Shown: positions 51,846 through 60,733 of the stretch, in pieces
How positions within the stretch are numbered: position 1 is the stretch's first letter
How the letters are laid out: each line of letters begins with the position of its first letter
Made by a program: the position numbers and the translations under genes
NCBI GenBank assembly: GCA_963783385.1
Contig: CAWANJ010000003.1
Span: 32,001 to 96,000, forward strand
From: an uncultured Gemmatimonadales bacterium
GTDB taxonomy: Bacteria; Gemmatimonadota; Gemmatimonadetes; Palauibacterales; Palauibacteraceae
Length of the DNA: 64,000 nucleotides
Direction: 5' to 3'
Notes under the pieces: generated by a model
Told to the model about the DNA's origin: nothing
The model's input: the letters and a program-made list of their open reading frames with translations, nothing else
Database searches by the model: none

Positions 51846-51865
51846 GTCCTCCCACGTGGGAGGAC
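51846..51865. promoter_or_regulatory. Perfect 20-bp palindrome between the divergent desaturase and DUF983 genes
   Basis: GTCCTCCCACGTGGGAGGAC. Confidence 0.55.
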
Positions 51866-51927
51866 CACAACCCGTAACGTACCCACAGTCCGGCGGGAAT
51901 CCAACCCGGGCCCCCGAGGAGCGACGC

Positions 51928-52338
51928 ATGAATCGGACGTCCGGCGGCGATGGGAGCGCCTCTCCCCCGGTTGGTGGGACGCCGCCGGGCACCTCCCTGG
52001 TGCGCGCGCTGCGGCTACGCTGTCCCCGCTGCGGCGGGCGGGGCATCCTGGAGTCGTGGTTCGAGCTCGCCGACGAGTGCCCGGGGTGCGGGCTGGACAC
52101 GGACCGGGGCGAGGAGGGTCACTTCCTCGGAGCCATGCTCGTCAGCCTGGTGGCGGTGGAGCTCCTGGTCGCGGGGCTGGCGGCGCTCACCATCGTGCTG
52201 GCGTGGCCCGCCGTCCCCTGGACCGCGATCACGGTCGGCGGCGTGCTCCTGGCGGTCGGGATGCCCGTGGCGATCTACCCCTATTCTCGTCTCCTGTGGC
52301 TCGGGGTCGATCTCCACATCCGCCCGGAGGTGGACTGA
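51928..52338 (+). CDS. DUF983 protein
   Basis: RCPRCG.G....CPGCGL, two TM helices, YSRLLWL. Confidence 0.85.
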   Translation: MNRTSGGDGSASPPVGGTPPGTSLVRALRLRCPRCGGRGILESWFELADECPGCGLDTDRGEEGHFLGAMLVSLVAVELLVAGLAALTIVLAWPAVPWTAITVGGVLLAVGMPVAIYPYSRLLWLGVDLHIRPEVD

Positions 52339-52372
52339 GGAGAGGGCCACCCGGCATCCCCCGGCGTAACGC

Positions 52373-53824
52373 TCAGCGCGGGGCCTCGCTTTCCGCCGCG
52401 TCCGTGGCCGTGGCGAAGCCCCTGCGCACCTGCTGACCCCAGCCACCGACATCGCGGAGGAAGCTCCAGAAGCCACGGAGCCTCCACCACACCGTGAGCT
52501 GGCGGTAGCCGAAGGGCTCGAGGAGGGCGAACACGATGATTCGGGCGTAGTCCCGTGCTCGCGGGTACACCCTGAAGGTCAGGAACTCCAGCCACACGCC
52601 GCCGACCGACAGGAGCATTCGGTAGCCGAAGGCGAGGCCGAAGAAGAGCAGGGCATAGCGAACATCCAGGATCCCCAGCCACAGGCCGGCCGCGATCACG
52701 CCGTAGCCGATCACTTCGACGATCGGGGCCAGCATCTCGCCCAGTACGTAATATGGGAAGGCGATGAGCCCCACGGCCCCGTACCTCGGGTTCAGGAACA
52801 CCTTCCAGTGCCTGAACAGGGTTCCCAGGAGCCCGTGGTGCCAGCGTTCTCTCTGGTTGCCCAGCGTCTCGATCGTCTCGGGGACCTCGGTCCACACGAC
52901 CGGATCGGGAACGAAGGGCACGTCGTAGCGCTCTCCCCGTTCGCTGAGGAGCCGGTGGATGCTGATCGTGAGCTCGAGGTCCTCGGCGATCGAGTCCTCA
53001 CGGTAGCCTCCGACGGCCAGCATGAGCCGCTTCTGCCACAGGCCGAAGGCGCCGGAGATCAGCATGTTCCCCCCGAGTCGATTCCAGCCGAGCCGACCGA
53101 ACAGAAAGGCCCGGAAGTACTCCGGAACCTGGAAGGAGGCCAGCCAACTCCGCGGGACGCGTGGCGCCACCGGCACCCCACCGCGGAAGTGCACCCCGTT
53201 GGCGACGCGGATGGTGCCGCCGGTGCCGGCCACCGGCTTCCGGCTTACGAACATGATGCGGGCCAGGCGGCGCAGGGCGCTCGGCTCCATGATCGTATCC
53301 GCGTCGATGATGGCGCAGTATGGATAGCGGGACGCGTTCACGGCCACGTTGAGCGGCGCGGAGCGAGTCGCCACGGCGCCCTTCTCCTTGTCCACCACCA
53401 GGAGTCGGGGCTCCCGGCGGGAGCGATAGTAGCCGCGGACGGCAGGCGTGGAGAGACGGTGGGTGAAGGCCGGCGGGACGGGATACAGGTCGAACGTCTC
53501 GGTGAGCAGGGGCAGGGTCCCGTCCGTGGAGGCGTCGTTGACGACGATCACCTCGTAGTCGGGATAGTCGAGGTGAAGCAGCGCGTCCACGCTGGAGACG
53601 ATGACGGCCTCCTCGTTGAAGGCAGGAACGAGCACGGAGACGGGTGGGAAGGCCCCCTCGGGGAGACGGCCCGTGAGCCGCAGCCGGGATGCCAGCGCCC
53701 AGTGCTTCCACACCTCGAACACGGAGAGCGTGAACAGGACCCCGTAGAACAGGTTCAGGGAGCCGAAGTACCACAGAAGGATCGGGTCCCAGAACCCGAC
53801 GAACCGGCGGAGGAATCCGATCAT
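52373..53824 (-). CDS. Processive GT2 glycosyltransferase
   Basis: PAFNEE, DASTD, IDAD, AEDLE, QRERW, with flanking TM helices. Confidence 0.9.
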   Translation of the reverse strand: MIGFLRRFVGFWDPILLWYFGSLNLFYGVLFTLSVFEVWKHWALASRLRLTGRLPEGAFPPVSVLVPAFNEEAVIVSSVDALLHLDYPDYEVIVVNDASTDGTLPLLTETFDLYPVPPAFTHRLSTPAVRGYYRSRREPRLLVVDKEKGAVATRSAPLNVAVNASRYPYCAIIDADTIMEPSALRRLARIMFVSRKPVAGTGGTIRVANGVHFRGGVPVAPRVPRSWLASFQVPEYFRAFLFGRLGWNRLGGNMLISGAFGLWQKRLMLAVGGYREDSIAEDLELTISIHRLLSERGERYDVPFVPDPVVWTEVPETIETLGNQRERWHHGLLGTLFRHWKVFLNPRYGAVGLIAFPYYVLGEMLAPIVEVIGYGVIAAGLWLGILDVRYALLFFGLAFGYRMLLSVGGVWLEFLTFRVYPRARDYARIIVFALLEPFGYRQLTVWWRLRGFWSFLRDVGGWGQQVRRGFATATDAAESEAPR

Positions 53825-53852
53825 CGAAGCCCGACCGGTCGACCGAGCCGTT

Positions 53853-54920
53853 TCAGCTGACGTACTCCCACACGGCTGCGTCCTCCAGTCGGAGGACGTA
53901 GCGCGCCATATCGTGTGCGTACCGGTCCTGCGCGGGTGTCACGGACTCCAGCAGCCGTTTCCCCTTCCACCCCAGCTGCCGCAGGGCGAGCCCCGCGCGG
54001 AGGCGTACCCACCAGCTGGGGTCGGACAGGGCCCGCAGCAAGTCCTCGGCGGCCGTCCGCGCTTCGAAGGTTCCCAGGGCCGAGGCGGCCTGGGCGCGCA
54101 CCTGCCAGGCCGGGTCCTCGAGGGCCGCACGGAGCGGCGGGACCGAGCCTCGCTTCGGCAGTCCCGCCAGCGCGCGCGCCGCGTTGATGCGCACCTCCAG
54201 CCCTCCCTGCGCGAGGTGCGTCTCGATCTCGTCCCGGAGCGCCGGGCTCCCCAGCCGCCCGGCGAGCTGCAGGAGCGTGACGCGTCCGTCTTCCTCCTTC
54301 ACCCGCCGAAACCGATCCCGCAGCGGCCCGACCAAAGACTCTCCCATTCCGATGAGCACGATCTGCACGTGCTCCTTGTGGGTGAGCGCGCCGGCCGTCC
54401 GGCCCAGCGCCAGATCGAGGAGCGGGTCGACGAGGCTGAGGTGTGGGAAGCGCCGGGCCGCGAGGAGCGCCGCGCTGGCAGGGGCGGGGTGGGGGTCGTC
54501 CAGGAGCCGGACCAGGCTCGGGAGGTCTTCCTCGTCGGCGATGAGGGCCAGGAGCTGGGCGGCCGCCAGGCGGCGCCACCACAGCGACGAGCGGGCCCAC
54601 CGCAGCGCCTTGCGGTGGGCCGGGCCCTCCCGGACGACCTCCGCCAGGGGGAGTCCGGCGTCCTCGGCCCGACCTGCGGCGCGGGTCTCCAGGACGCGCC
54701 GCAGAGAGTACAGGGAGCAGCGGTCCAGCGGCCGACGTACCGGTTTCGTCGAGTCCCCGGTCCGCCAGGCCCGGAGGGCCGCGTAGGCCGAGCGCTCCCG
54801 CCGCTGTCGGCGGGCCCCGAGGAGGGCGCTCACCGGGGACCAGACCATGAGGAGGCCGAACAGCGCGAGCAGAAGGCCGACCTCGATCGCGACCAGGAGG
54901 AGGAGCGGCCGGAGACCCAC
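53853..54920 (-). CDS. Membrane-anchored HEAT-repeat protein
   Basis: N-terminal TM helix; VRINAARAL, WQVRAQAASALG, WWVRLRAGLAL, DRYA.DMA. Confidence 0.85.
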   Translation of the reverse strand: MGLRPLLLLVAIEVGLLLALFGLLMVWSPVSALLGARRQRRERSAYAALRAWRTGDSTKPVRRPLDRCSLYSLRRVLETRAAGRAEDAGLPLAEVVREGPAHRKALRWARSSLWWRRLAAAQLLALIADEEDLPSLVRLLDDPHPAPASAALLAARRFPHLSLVDPLLDLALGRTAGALTHKEHVQIVLIGMGESLVGPLRDRFRRVKEEDGRVTLLQLAGRLGSPALRDEIETHLAQGGLEVRINAARALAGLPKRGSVPPLRAALEDPAWQVRAQAASALGTFEARTAAEDLLRALSDPSWWVRLRAGLALRQLGWKGKRLLESVTPAQDRYAHDMARYVLRLEDAAVWEYVS

Positions 54921-54921
54921 G

Positions 54922-55707
54922 CTAGAAGCTCCGGCTCAGGGACAAGGAGGCGCCGGCACGGCTGAGGCGGGGCTCGGAGTGCACCCCCACCACATCGATC
55001 CGGACCGTCCAGCCCGGCAGTCCGGTCCACTGCGCTCCCGCGTAGGCCGAGCGTGTCCGCAGCGTCCGCACGCTCTGATTGCCGGGGGGGCCCACCAGGA
55101 AGTCCTCGTTGCCGACGGCGACGCCCACCCACGCCTGCCAGTCGGGCGCCAGGCCGGCCTGGGCACGGGCGATGGCGGCCAGGTTGATCGTCCCGAACGT
55201 GTTCCGGGTGAAGCGCGCTTCGCCCCTCAGGAACCAGCGTCCGCCGTACCAGTCCAACCGGGGGCTCAGCTGGTGCACCGGTCCCTGCGGGTAGTCCTTG
55301 ATCTCGTAGCCGAGGGCGGGCACGAAGTGTCCGCTGGGCCGCGACACGGTGGCGTGGAGCATGTAGCGCTCGAGGATCCGGGCGTCGGGCGTCCAACGCC
55401 CCTGCAGCGACACGTACAGCCGATCCCGGGGGTGCAGCGTCCCCTGCAGCTCGAGGCTCTGGTCCCAGCGGCCGAAACGGTCGGTTTCGACCAGGGCGCC
55501 GCCCGCCCGATCGCCCCGGCTCCACAGCCGGGAGACGCCCTGCCGGAGCTCGAACCAGTCCTGGCTGCCGGAGACCGACAGGCCCTGGAAGTCGAGCTGC
55601 GCCACCCACGTTCCTTGCTGCGCCCGGGCGGCCCCGGGCAACAAGGCCGGAACCGCGAGGGCGGTGGCCAGAACGGCGAGGACGGACCGGGTCGATCGCG
55701 TCGGCAT
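54922..55707 (-). CDS. YaiO-family outer-membrane beta-barrel
   Basis: Signal peptide, DRFGRWD, amphipathic strands and a C-terminal F; first gene of the barrel-HEAT-GT2 operon. Confidence 0.7.
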   Translation of the reverse strand: MPTRSTRSVLAVLATALAVPALLPGAARAQQGTWVAQLDFQGLSVSGSQDWFELRQGVSRLWSRGDRAGGALVETDRFGRWDQSLELQGTLHPRDRLYVSLQGRWTPDARILERYMLHATVSRPSGHFVPALGYEIKDYPQGPVHQLSPRLDWYGGRWFLRGEARFTRNTFGTINLAAIARAQAGLAPDWQAWVGVAVGNEDFLVGPPGNQSVRTLRTRSAYAGAQWTGLPGWTVRIDVVGVHSEPRLSRAGASLSLSRSF

Positions 55708-55872
55708 GGACGAAGAATGTGTCGCATGTGTGGACTTCACGCCACCGCGCGCCGCAGGGTGGCAGAGCCTTGTCGCGGACTCGGATGATCTTTCCTTCAG
55801 GGTGGTGCGAGCCGCGAGGTTTCGGCATCTTTTTTTCGGTAATCGACGGGCACGTGGGACCAGGAAGACGGG

Positions 55873-57097
55873 ATGAGGTGGTCGTGGAAGGGCCCGGGCG
55901 AAGATCCGGGCGTGGAAGGGAGGGTGGCGGGCGGCGCGGCGACTGGCGCGACGTCCCCGGCGCGTCCACGTCGGGGTGAGCCGCCCCCCCGCGCCCTGGC
56001 GATCAGCGTCTTCGCCCTTCTTGCGGCGGTGGTCGTGGCGTTCCTGCGCCCGGCGCGGGAGGGCCCCTACCTGGGCTTCATCTGGGTGCTGGCACTCATC
56101 CCCTCCCTTCCTCCTCGCCTTCTATCGTGGGTGGGCCGGTGCGGTCTTCGCCCTGGTGGCAGGGATGCTGGCGCTCACGGGGACGGAGGTCATCGGCCGG
56201 GAGGTCCTCGATGGGAGCATCGACTGGTGGGTGTTCGGGGTGGTCACCGTCGGCCTCCTGGTGGTGAGCGCTGGCGCCGGCATCATCTCCGAGCTCCTCC
56301 ATCGGTCGGGCGGAGATCCACGCGGCATCGACGCCTCAAAGAGCTGGCGCCGGGAGCTGCGCCGCGCGATCGAGACGGGCGAGCTGCGGCTGCTCTACCA
56401 GCCCATCGTCTCGTTCGAGGACGGGAAGGTCCACGGGATCGAGGCGCTGGTTCGCTGGGAGCATCCCACTCGAGGCCTCATGAGTCCCGACCAGTTCCTC
56501 ACCCTGGCCGAGAGCGCCGGCCTCATGGTGCCACTCGGAAACTGGGTGCTGGAGGAGGCCCTGGGGCGCTACGTTCCCTGGAAGCAGCGCTTCGGCCTCC
56601 AGTCGGGCTTCTTCCTGAGCGTCAACCTGGACACCTCGCAGTGCCGTCAGGCGGGCCTGCGAGAGAAGCTCCGCGACCTCCTGCGGGCCAGCCACATGCA
56701 GCCCGGGGACCTCCAGGTCGAGGTCACGGAACAGGCTCTCACGTCCGCAGTGAGCCAGCTCAGGGAGCTCAAGCGCCTCGGGGTGCGGATCGCGGTCGAC
56801 GACTTCGGCACGGGGTTCATCTCCCTGAGCCAGCTCAGCCGACTGGAGATCGACGCGCTCAAGATCGACGGGGCCTTCGTGCACGGCATGGAGGAGGACG
56901 AGGGCGACCGGGCGCTGGTCGAGTCCATCCTCCAGCTGGCCGGGACGCTGGGCCTGCAGGTCACGGCCGAGGGCGTGGAGACCCGGGCGCAGTTCGACCT
57001 CCTGCGCGACCTGGGCTGCTCCTACGGCCAGGGCTACTACTTCGCCGAGCCCTACCCGGTCACGGCCCTCGAGCTGGGAGCGCCATCCGGGTCCTGA
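55873..57097 (+). CDS. Membrane-bound EAL-domain c-di-GMP phosphodiesterase (frameshift near 56100)
   Basis: YQPIV, EALVRW, SVNL, EVTE, DDFGTG, LKID, AEGVE, QGYY; no GGDEF domain. Confidence 0.88.
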
Positions 57098-57121
57098 GCA
57101 GCGGATCGCGGCTCGGGCCCA

Positions 57122-57511
57122 TCAGCGTGCGCAGGCCAGGCCTTGCCGCCGGATGTCCTCGATCGCTCCCGGTCCGATGCCCGTGACCCGGTCGAGGTCT
57201 TCCAGCGAGACGAAGGGGCTCACGAGGCGCTGTTCCATGATCTGCCGCGATCGGTCCCCCCCGATGTGCACGATCCGCTGGAGGTCCGCACGGTTCGCGG
57301 AGTTCAGGTCCACGCAGGGTCCGATCGCGGCAGACGGCTCGCCCGCGCCGGAGCGGGCGGAGCGCGCGTCGGAGGGCACCGCCCGTCGCAGCGCGTCGAC
57401 CACACGATGGAAGTCCACCCGGCGTAACGCGTACACGACCAGCACGACGGCCGCCACCCGGACCAGCAGCCCCAATCCTCGCCGGCGGGTCACGGGCGGA
57501 CGCTCCGCCAC
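57122..57511 (-). CDS. Helix-hairpin-helix (ComEA-like) protein with N-terminal TM helix
   Basis: CVDLNSANRADLQRIVHIG...F.SLEDLDRVTGIGPG...QGLAC. Confidence 0.7.
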   Translation of the reverse strand: MAERPPVTRRRGLGLLVRVAAVVLVVYALRRVDFHRVVDALRRAVPSDARSARSGAGEPSAAIGPCVDLNSANRADLQRIVHIGGDRSRQIMEQRLVSPFVSLEDLDRVTGIGPGAIEDIRRQGLACAR

Positions 57512-57550
57512 GGGCGGCCCGAGCGCCGGCGGGTCACCGGCCGCGACCGC

Positions 57551-58360
57551 TCAGTCACCGCCGCGCCTGCGCTCGATCCAGCCGCGCAGGAGCCGTGAGC
57601 CGAACTGGGAGCGCTCTTCCCAGTCGTAGGAGCCCACGATGAGGTCCCACAGGGGCGAGCTCACCCCGAAGTCCTTGTGGTTATCGGAGAAGTGGTGGCG
57701 CATGTGGCCCTTTCCCAGACGGTACATGGTCTCCTCGGTCCGTCCGCCGGGCCGGATGAAGTGGATGGCGTAGTGGGAGGTGTCGTAGATGAGGTAGCCC
57801 GTGACGAAGCCGGCGAAGAAGGCCGGCGTCAGGAGCCGCCCGAGGGTGAAGCTGAACAGCGTGTAGAAAAGGACGGCGAGCGGAATGCTCACCGAGGGCG
57901 GCATCACCAGGCGCCGCGGATCGCTGGGGAACTCGTGGTGCACGCCGTGGGCCACGAAGTAGAACTTCTCCCGCCAGCCCTCGAGCGTGGGGAGGATGGG
58001 CTCGTCGGGTGAGAGCCCGTGCACCTTGAGCTTGACGCTGCGCTCGGTCTCCGCGGTGGCGATTTCGTGGAAGACGTACCGGTGCAGGAGGAACTCGGCA
58101 CCCGTCCACGCCATGAGCCCGAGCACGGCCAGCCCGGCCGTGGCCACCAGGCTCGTTCCGAGCCACACGCTCCTCCCCAGCATGAACAGCACTAGCGGGA
58201 TGTAGAGGACGTGCGGCAGCCAGGGCGGCACCCGGGAGAGCCGCTCCATCCAGTCCTTCTCGAACATCCGCACCGTCGGATCCCGGGGAGGCAGTCGCGC
58301 GGCGCGCTCCCACATCTCCCGTTCCGGCTCCCGGACCGTACCTGCTGCCTGTCCGCTCAT
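57551..58360 (-). CDS. Fatty-acid 2-hydroxylase / sterol-desaturase family (FA2H/Scs7-like, no cytochrome b5 domain)
   Basis: EFLLHRYVFH, HGVHHEFPSDPRRLVMPP, YDTSHYAIH, HMRHHF, FGVSSPLWD. Confidence 0.88.
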   Translation of the reverse strand: MSGQAAGTVREPEREMWERAARLPPRDPTVRMFEKDWMERLSRVPPWLPHVLYIPLVLFMLGRSVWLGTSLVATAGLAVLGLMAWTGAEFLLHRYVFHEIATAETERSVKLKVHGLSPDEPILPTLEGWREKFYFVAHGVHHEFPSDPRRLVMPPSVSIPLAVLFYTLFSFTLGRLLTPAFFAGFVTGYLIYDTSHYAIHFIRPGGRTEETMYRLGKGHMRHHFSDNHKDFGVSSPLWDLIVGSYDWEERSQFGSRLLRGWIERRRGGD

Positions 58361-58364
58361 ACGT

Positions 58365-58784
58365 TCACTCCTGTGAATCGTCCCGAGCGGCCGCCTCCGG
58401 GGGCGCGGCCGATGTCTCTACCTCGATCCAGACCCGGCCGTCGTGGACGCTGACCGGAAACGTGTCGATGTCGTAGCGGGAGATCGAGTCCAGCGACGCT
58501 CCGCTCTCCAGGTCGAACGTGGCGTAGTGCCACGAGCAGATCACCCTCCGCCCGTCCAGCGCTCCCTCGGACAGCGGGCCGCCCGAATGCGGGCACAGCT
58601 CCTCGGTCGCAAAGAAGGTACCTTCGACGTTGAACAGTGCCACGCACCGCTCCCCGACCTCGAACCTCCTTCCCTGCCCAGGTTCGAGCTCGTGCGCGCC
58701 GCACAGTGGAACGTACGACCGCCCCGGCCCGGGCTCGGCAGGCTGGCGGACCGCCCGGGGGCGGGCGTCTCGATCGGCGTCCAT
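58365..58784 (-). CDS. Rieske [2Fe-2S] ferredoxin (start uncertain)
   Basis: CPHSGGPL...CSWHYATFD. Confidence 0.88.
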   Translation of the reverse strand: MDADRDARPRAVRQPAEPGPGRSYVPLCGAHELEPGQGRRFEVGERCVALFNVEGTFFATEELCPHSGGPLSEGALDGRRVICSWHYATFDLESGASLDSISRYDIDTFPVSVHDGRVWIEVETSAAPPEAAARDDSQE

Positions 58785-58956
58785 GGTCTCCGTGGGGACG
58801 GGAGTGACCGTGCCCGGCGCCGCGGGCCACGCGGCGCGCATCGCGCCCAAGAGGAACACGGGAGAGCCCGCCTGGTTCCCCGCGACGCGCCGGCGCCGGA
58901 GCCGGTCGTCGAACCTGGCGGCGGGCGGGAGACGGGGCGCGGTCACGGCCGGGCCT

Positions 58957-60045
58957 TCAGGCGAGAAGGTCGGCCAGCTCCTCGGCACGCTCCAGGGCCG
59001 CCGTGCCGTCCGCGGCACGGACGGTCACGTGCCCGAGCTTGCGGCCCGGTCGCGGCGACTTGGCGTACAGGTGAACGTGCGCCCCCTTCACCGCGAGCAT
59101 CGCCTCGAGCGAGGGGACCGTGCCGATCAGGTTCTGCATGATACTGACGCCCACCGGCCGGGTCGCGCCGAGCGGAAGGCCGGCGACCGCGCGCACGTGG
59201 TTCTCGAACTGGCTGGTCTCGGCTCCCTCAATGCTCCAGTGGCCGGAGTTGTGGACGCGGGGCGCCATCTCGTTGGCCAGCAACCGCCCCTCGTGCTCGA
59301 ACAGCTCGATCGCCAGCACGCCGACGTAGTCGAGCTCGGTGAGTACGCGCTGCGCGTAATCCTCGGCCAGCGCTTGCAGATCCGCGTCGACACCCGGGGC
59401 CGGCGCCCGGGAGCGCACCAGGATGCCCTCGTCGTGCGTGTTGTGGACGAGGGGGTAGGTCCGGACGCCTCCGTCCCGGCCGCGAACCGACAGGATGGAG
59501 AGCTCGCGCCGGAAGTCGACGAAGCCCTCCAGGATCAGCGGCCGGCCGCCGAGCTCGTGCCAGGCGGGGTCGGCGTCCGCCGCCGTACGGAGGATGACCT
59601 GTCCCTTGCCGTCGTAGCCGAAGCGGCGCGTCTTCAGCACGGCGGGCGTGCCAAGCTTCTCTAGCGCCGCGTCGAACTCCTCGCGGCTCCCGACCGCCTC
59701 GAACGGCGCCGTGGGGATGCCGTGGTCCCGGAAGAACGTCTTCTCGACCAGCCGGTCCTGCGCCACGTCCAGGGCCTCCGGCGGCGGATACACCGGGACC
59801 CGCCCCGCCAACCGGTCGGCAGAGGCCCGGGGGACGTTCTCGAACTCGTACGTGACCACGTCCAGGCCATCCGCGAACGCGTCCAGGGCGGCGGGGTCGT
59901 CGTAGTCGCCGCGCACGTGCTCGCTCACGTCGCCCGCGCTGGCGGCGGGCTTGGGCTCCAGCACCCGGAACTCCAGGCCCAGCGGGTAGCCGGCCAGGGC
60001 GAGCATGCGTCCGAGCTGGCCGCCCCCGATGATGCCGACCTTCAC
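58957..60045 (-). CDS. purK: N5-CAIR synthase
   Basis: [42 protein letters not shown]. Confidence 0.95.
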   Translation of the reverse strand: MKVGIIGGGQLGRMLALAGYPLGLEFRVLEPKPAASAGDVSEHVRGDYDDPAALDAFADGLDVVTYEFENVPRASADRLAGRVPVYPPPEALDVAQDRLVEKTFFRDHGIPTAPFEAVGSREEFDAALEKLGTPAVLKTRRFGYDGKGQVILRTAADADPAWHELGGRPLILEGFVDFRRELSILSVRGRDGGVRTYPLVHNTHDEGILVRSRAPAPGVDADLQALAEDYAQRVLTELDYVGVLAIELFEHEGRLLANEMAPRVHNSGHWSIEGAETSQFENHVRAVAGLPLGATRPVGVSIMQNLIGTVPSLEAMLAVKGAHVHLYAKSPRPGRKLGHVTVRAADGTAALERAEELADLLA

Positions 60046-60539
60046 GAACCCTCCGGCAGCTTCGAGTCCTCCAGCACGGACCGCGTCTGCTCGGCCCGGT
60101 AGGCCCTGAGACGTTCGCGGATGTCCGGGTGCGAGCCCCCCAGGATCGAAGCCGCCAGCAGGGCGGCGTTGACCGCGCCCGATCGCCCGATCGCGAGCGT
60201 GCCGACCGGAACCCCGCGCGGCATCTGGACGATGGAGAGCAGGGAGTCCACGCCGTTCAGGGCGCGCGACTTGACCGGCACGCCCAGCACCGGCAGCACC
60301 GTCTTGGAGGCGGTCATGCCGGGCAGGTGCGCCGCGCCTCCCGCCCCGGCGATGATGATCTCGAGGCCGCGCTCCTCCGCCGTGGCGGCGTATTCGAACA
60401 GGAGATCCGGCGTACGGTGGGCCGACACGACCCTCGTCTCGAACGGCACCTCCAGCTCCCCCAGGACGCGCACCGCGTGCTCCATCGTCTCCCAATCGGA
60501 CGTGGAGCCCATGATGATCCCGACCAGCGCGTTCGCCAT
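60042..60539 (-). CDS. purE: N5-CAIR mutase
   Basis: [32 protein letters not shown]. Confidence 0.96.
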   Translation of the reverse strand: MANALVGIIMGSTSDWETMEHAVRVLGELEVPFETRVVSAHRTPDLLFEYAATAEERGLEIIIAGAGGAAHLPGMTASKTVLPVLGVPVKSRALNGVDSLLSIVQMPRGVPVGTLAIGRSGAVNAALLAASILGGSHPDIRERLRAYRAEQTRSVLEDSKLPEGS

Positions 60540-60733
60540 CGGCCTCCCCGTTTCCCTCGGCGTTTGCCCCCGGCTCGCCCGGAGTCCCGAGCGCCATGGT
60601 ACGTCAACGGTCGAGCCCGCTTCAAGAGCGGTGCCGACGCGGGGTCACCCTCGCGGCGGCCCCCCTCGCTGCCGGGTCGTGGGGCGTGTATGGTGGATCG
60701 CCGAACCATCCGTCTCGAAGAGGGAGTGGAGCC

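Noticed and set aside
55740-55860. Possible c-di-GMP riboswitch upstream of the YaiO operon
   Set aside because: I could not find the GEMM-I core (GGCAAAC..GAAA..GACGCAAAG) or class II features.
1432-57097. Many frameshifts (mddA, luxR, FAD oxidase, arsM, arsR, rnfC, rnfE, pcm, cfa, desaturase, EAL) read as programmed frameshifting or mass pseudogenisation
   Set aside because: They are scattered single-base indels, some compensating, in otherwise well-conserved genes with no slippery-site pattern. This is typical of long-read consensus error.
60540-60733. Possible ZTP or purine riboswitch upstream of purEK
   Set aside because: Conserved ZTP elements (GACUGGCG...CGCCUGGG) are absent.
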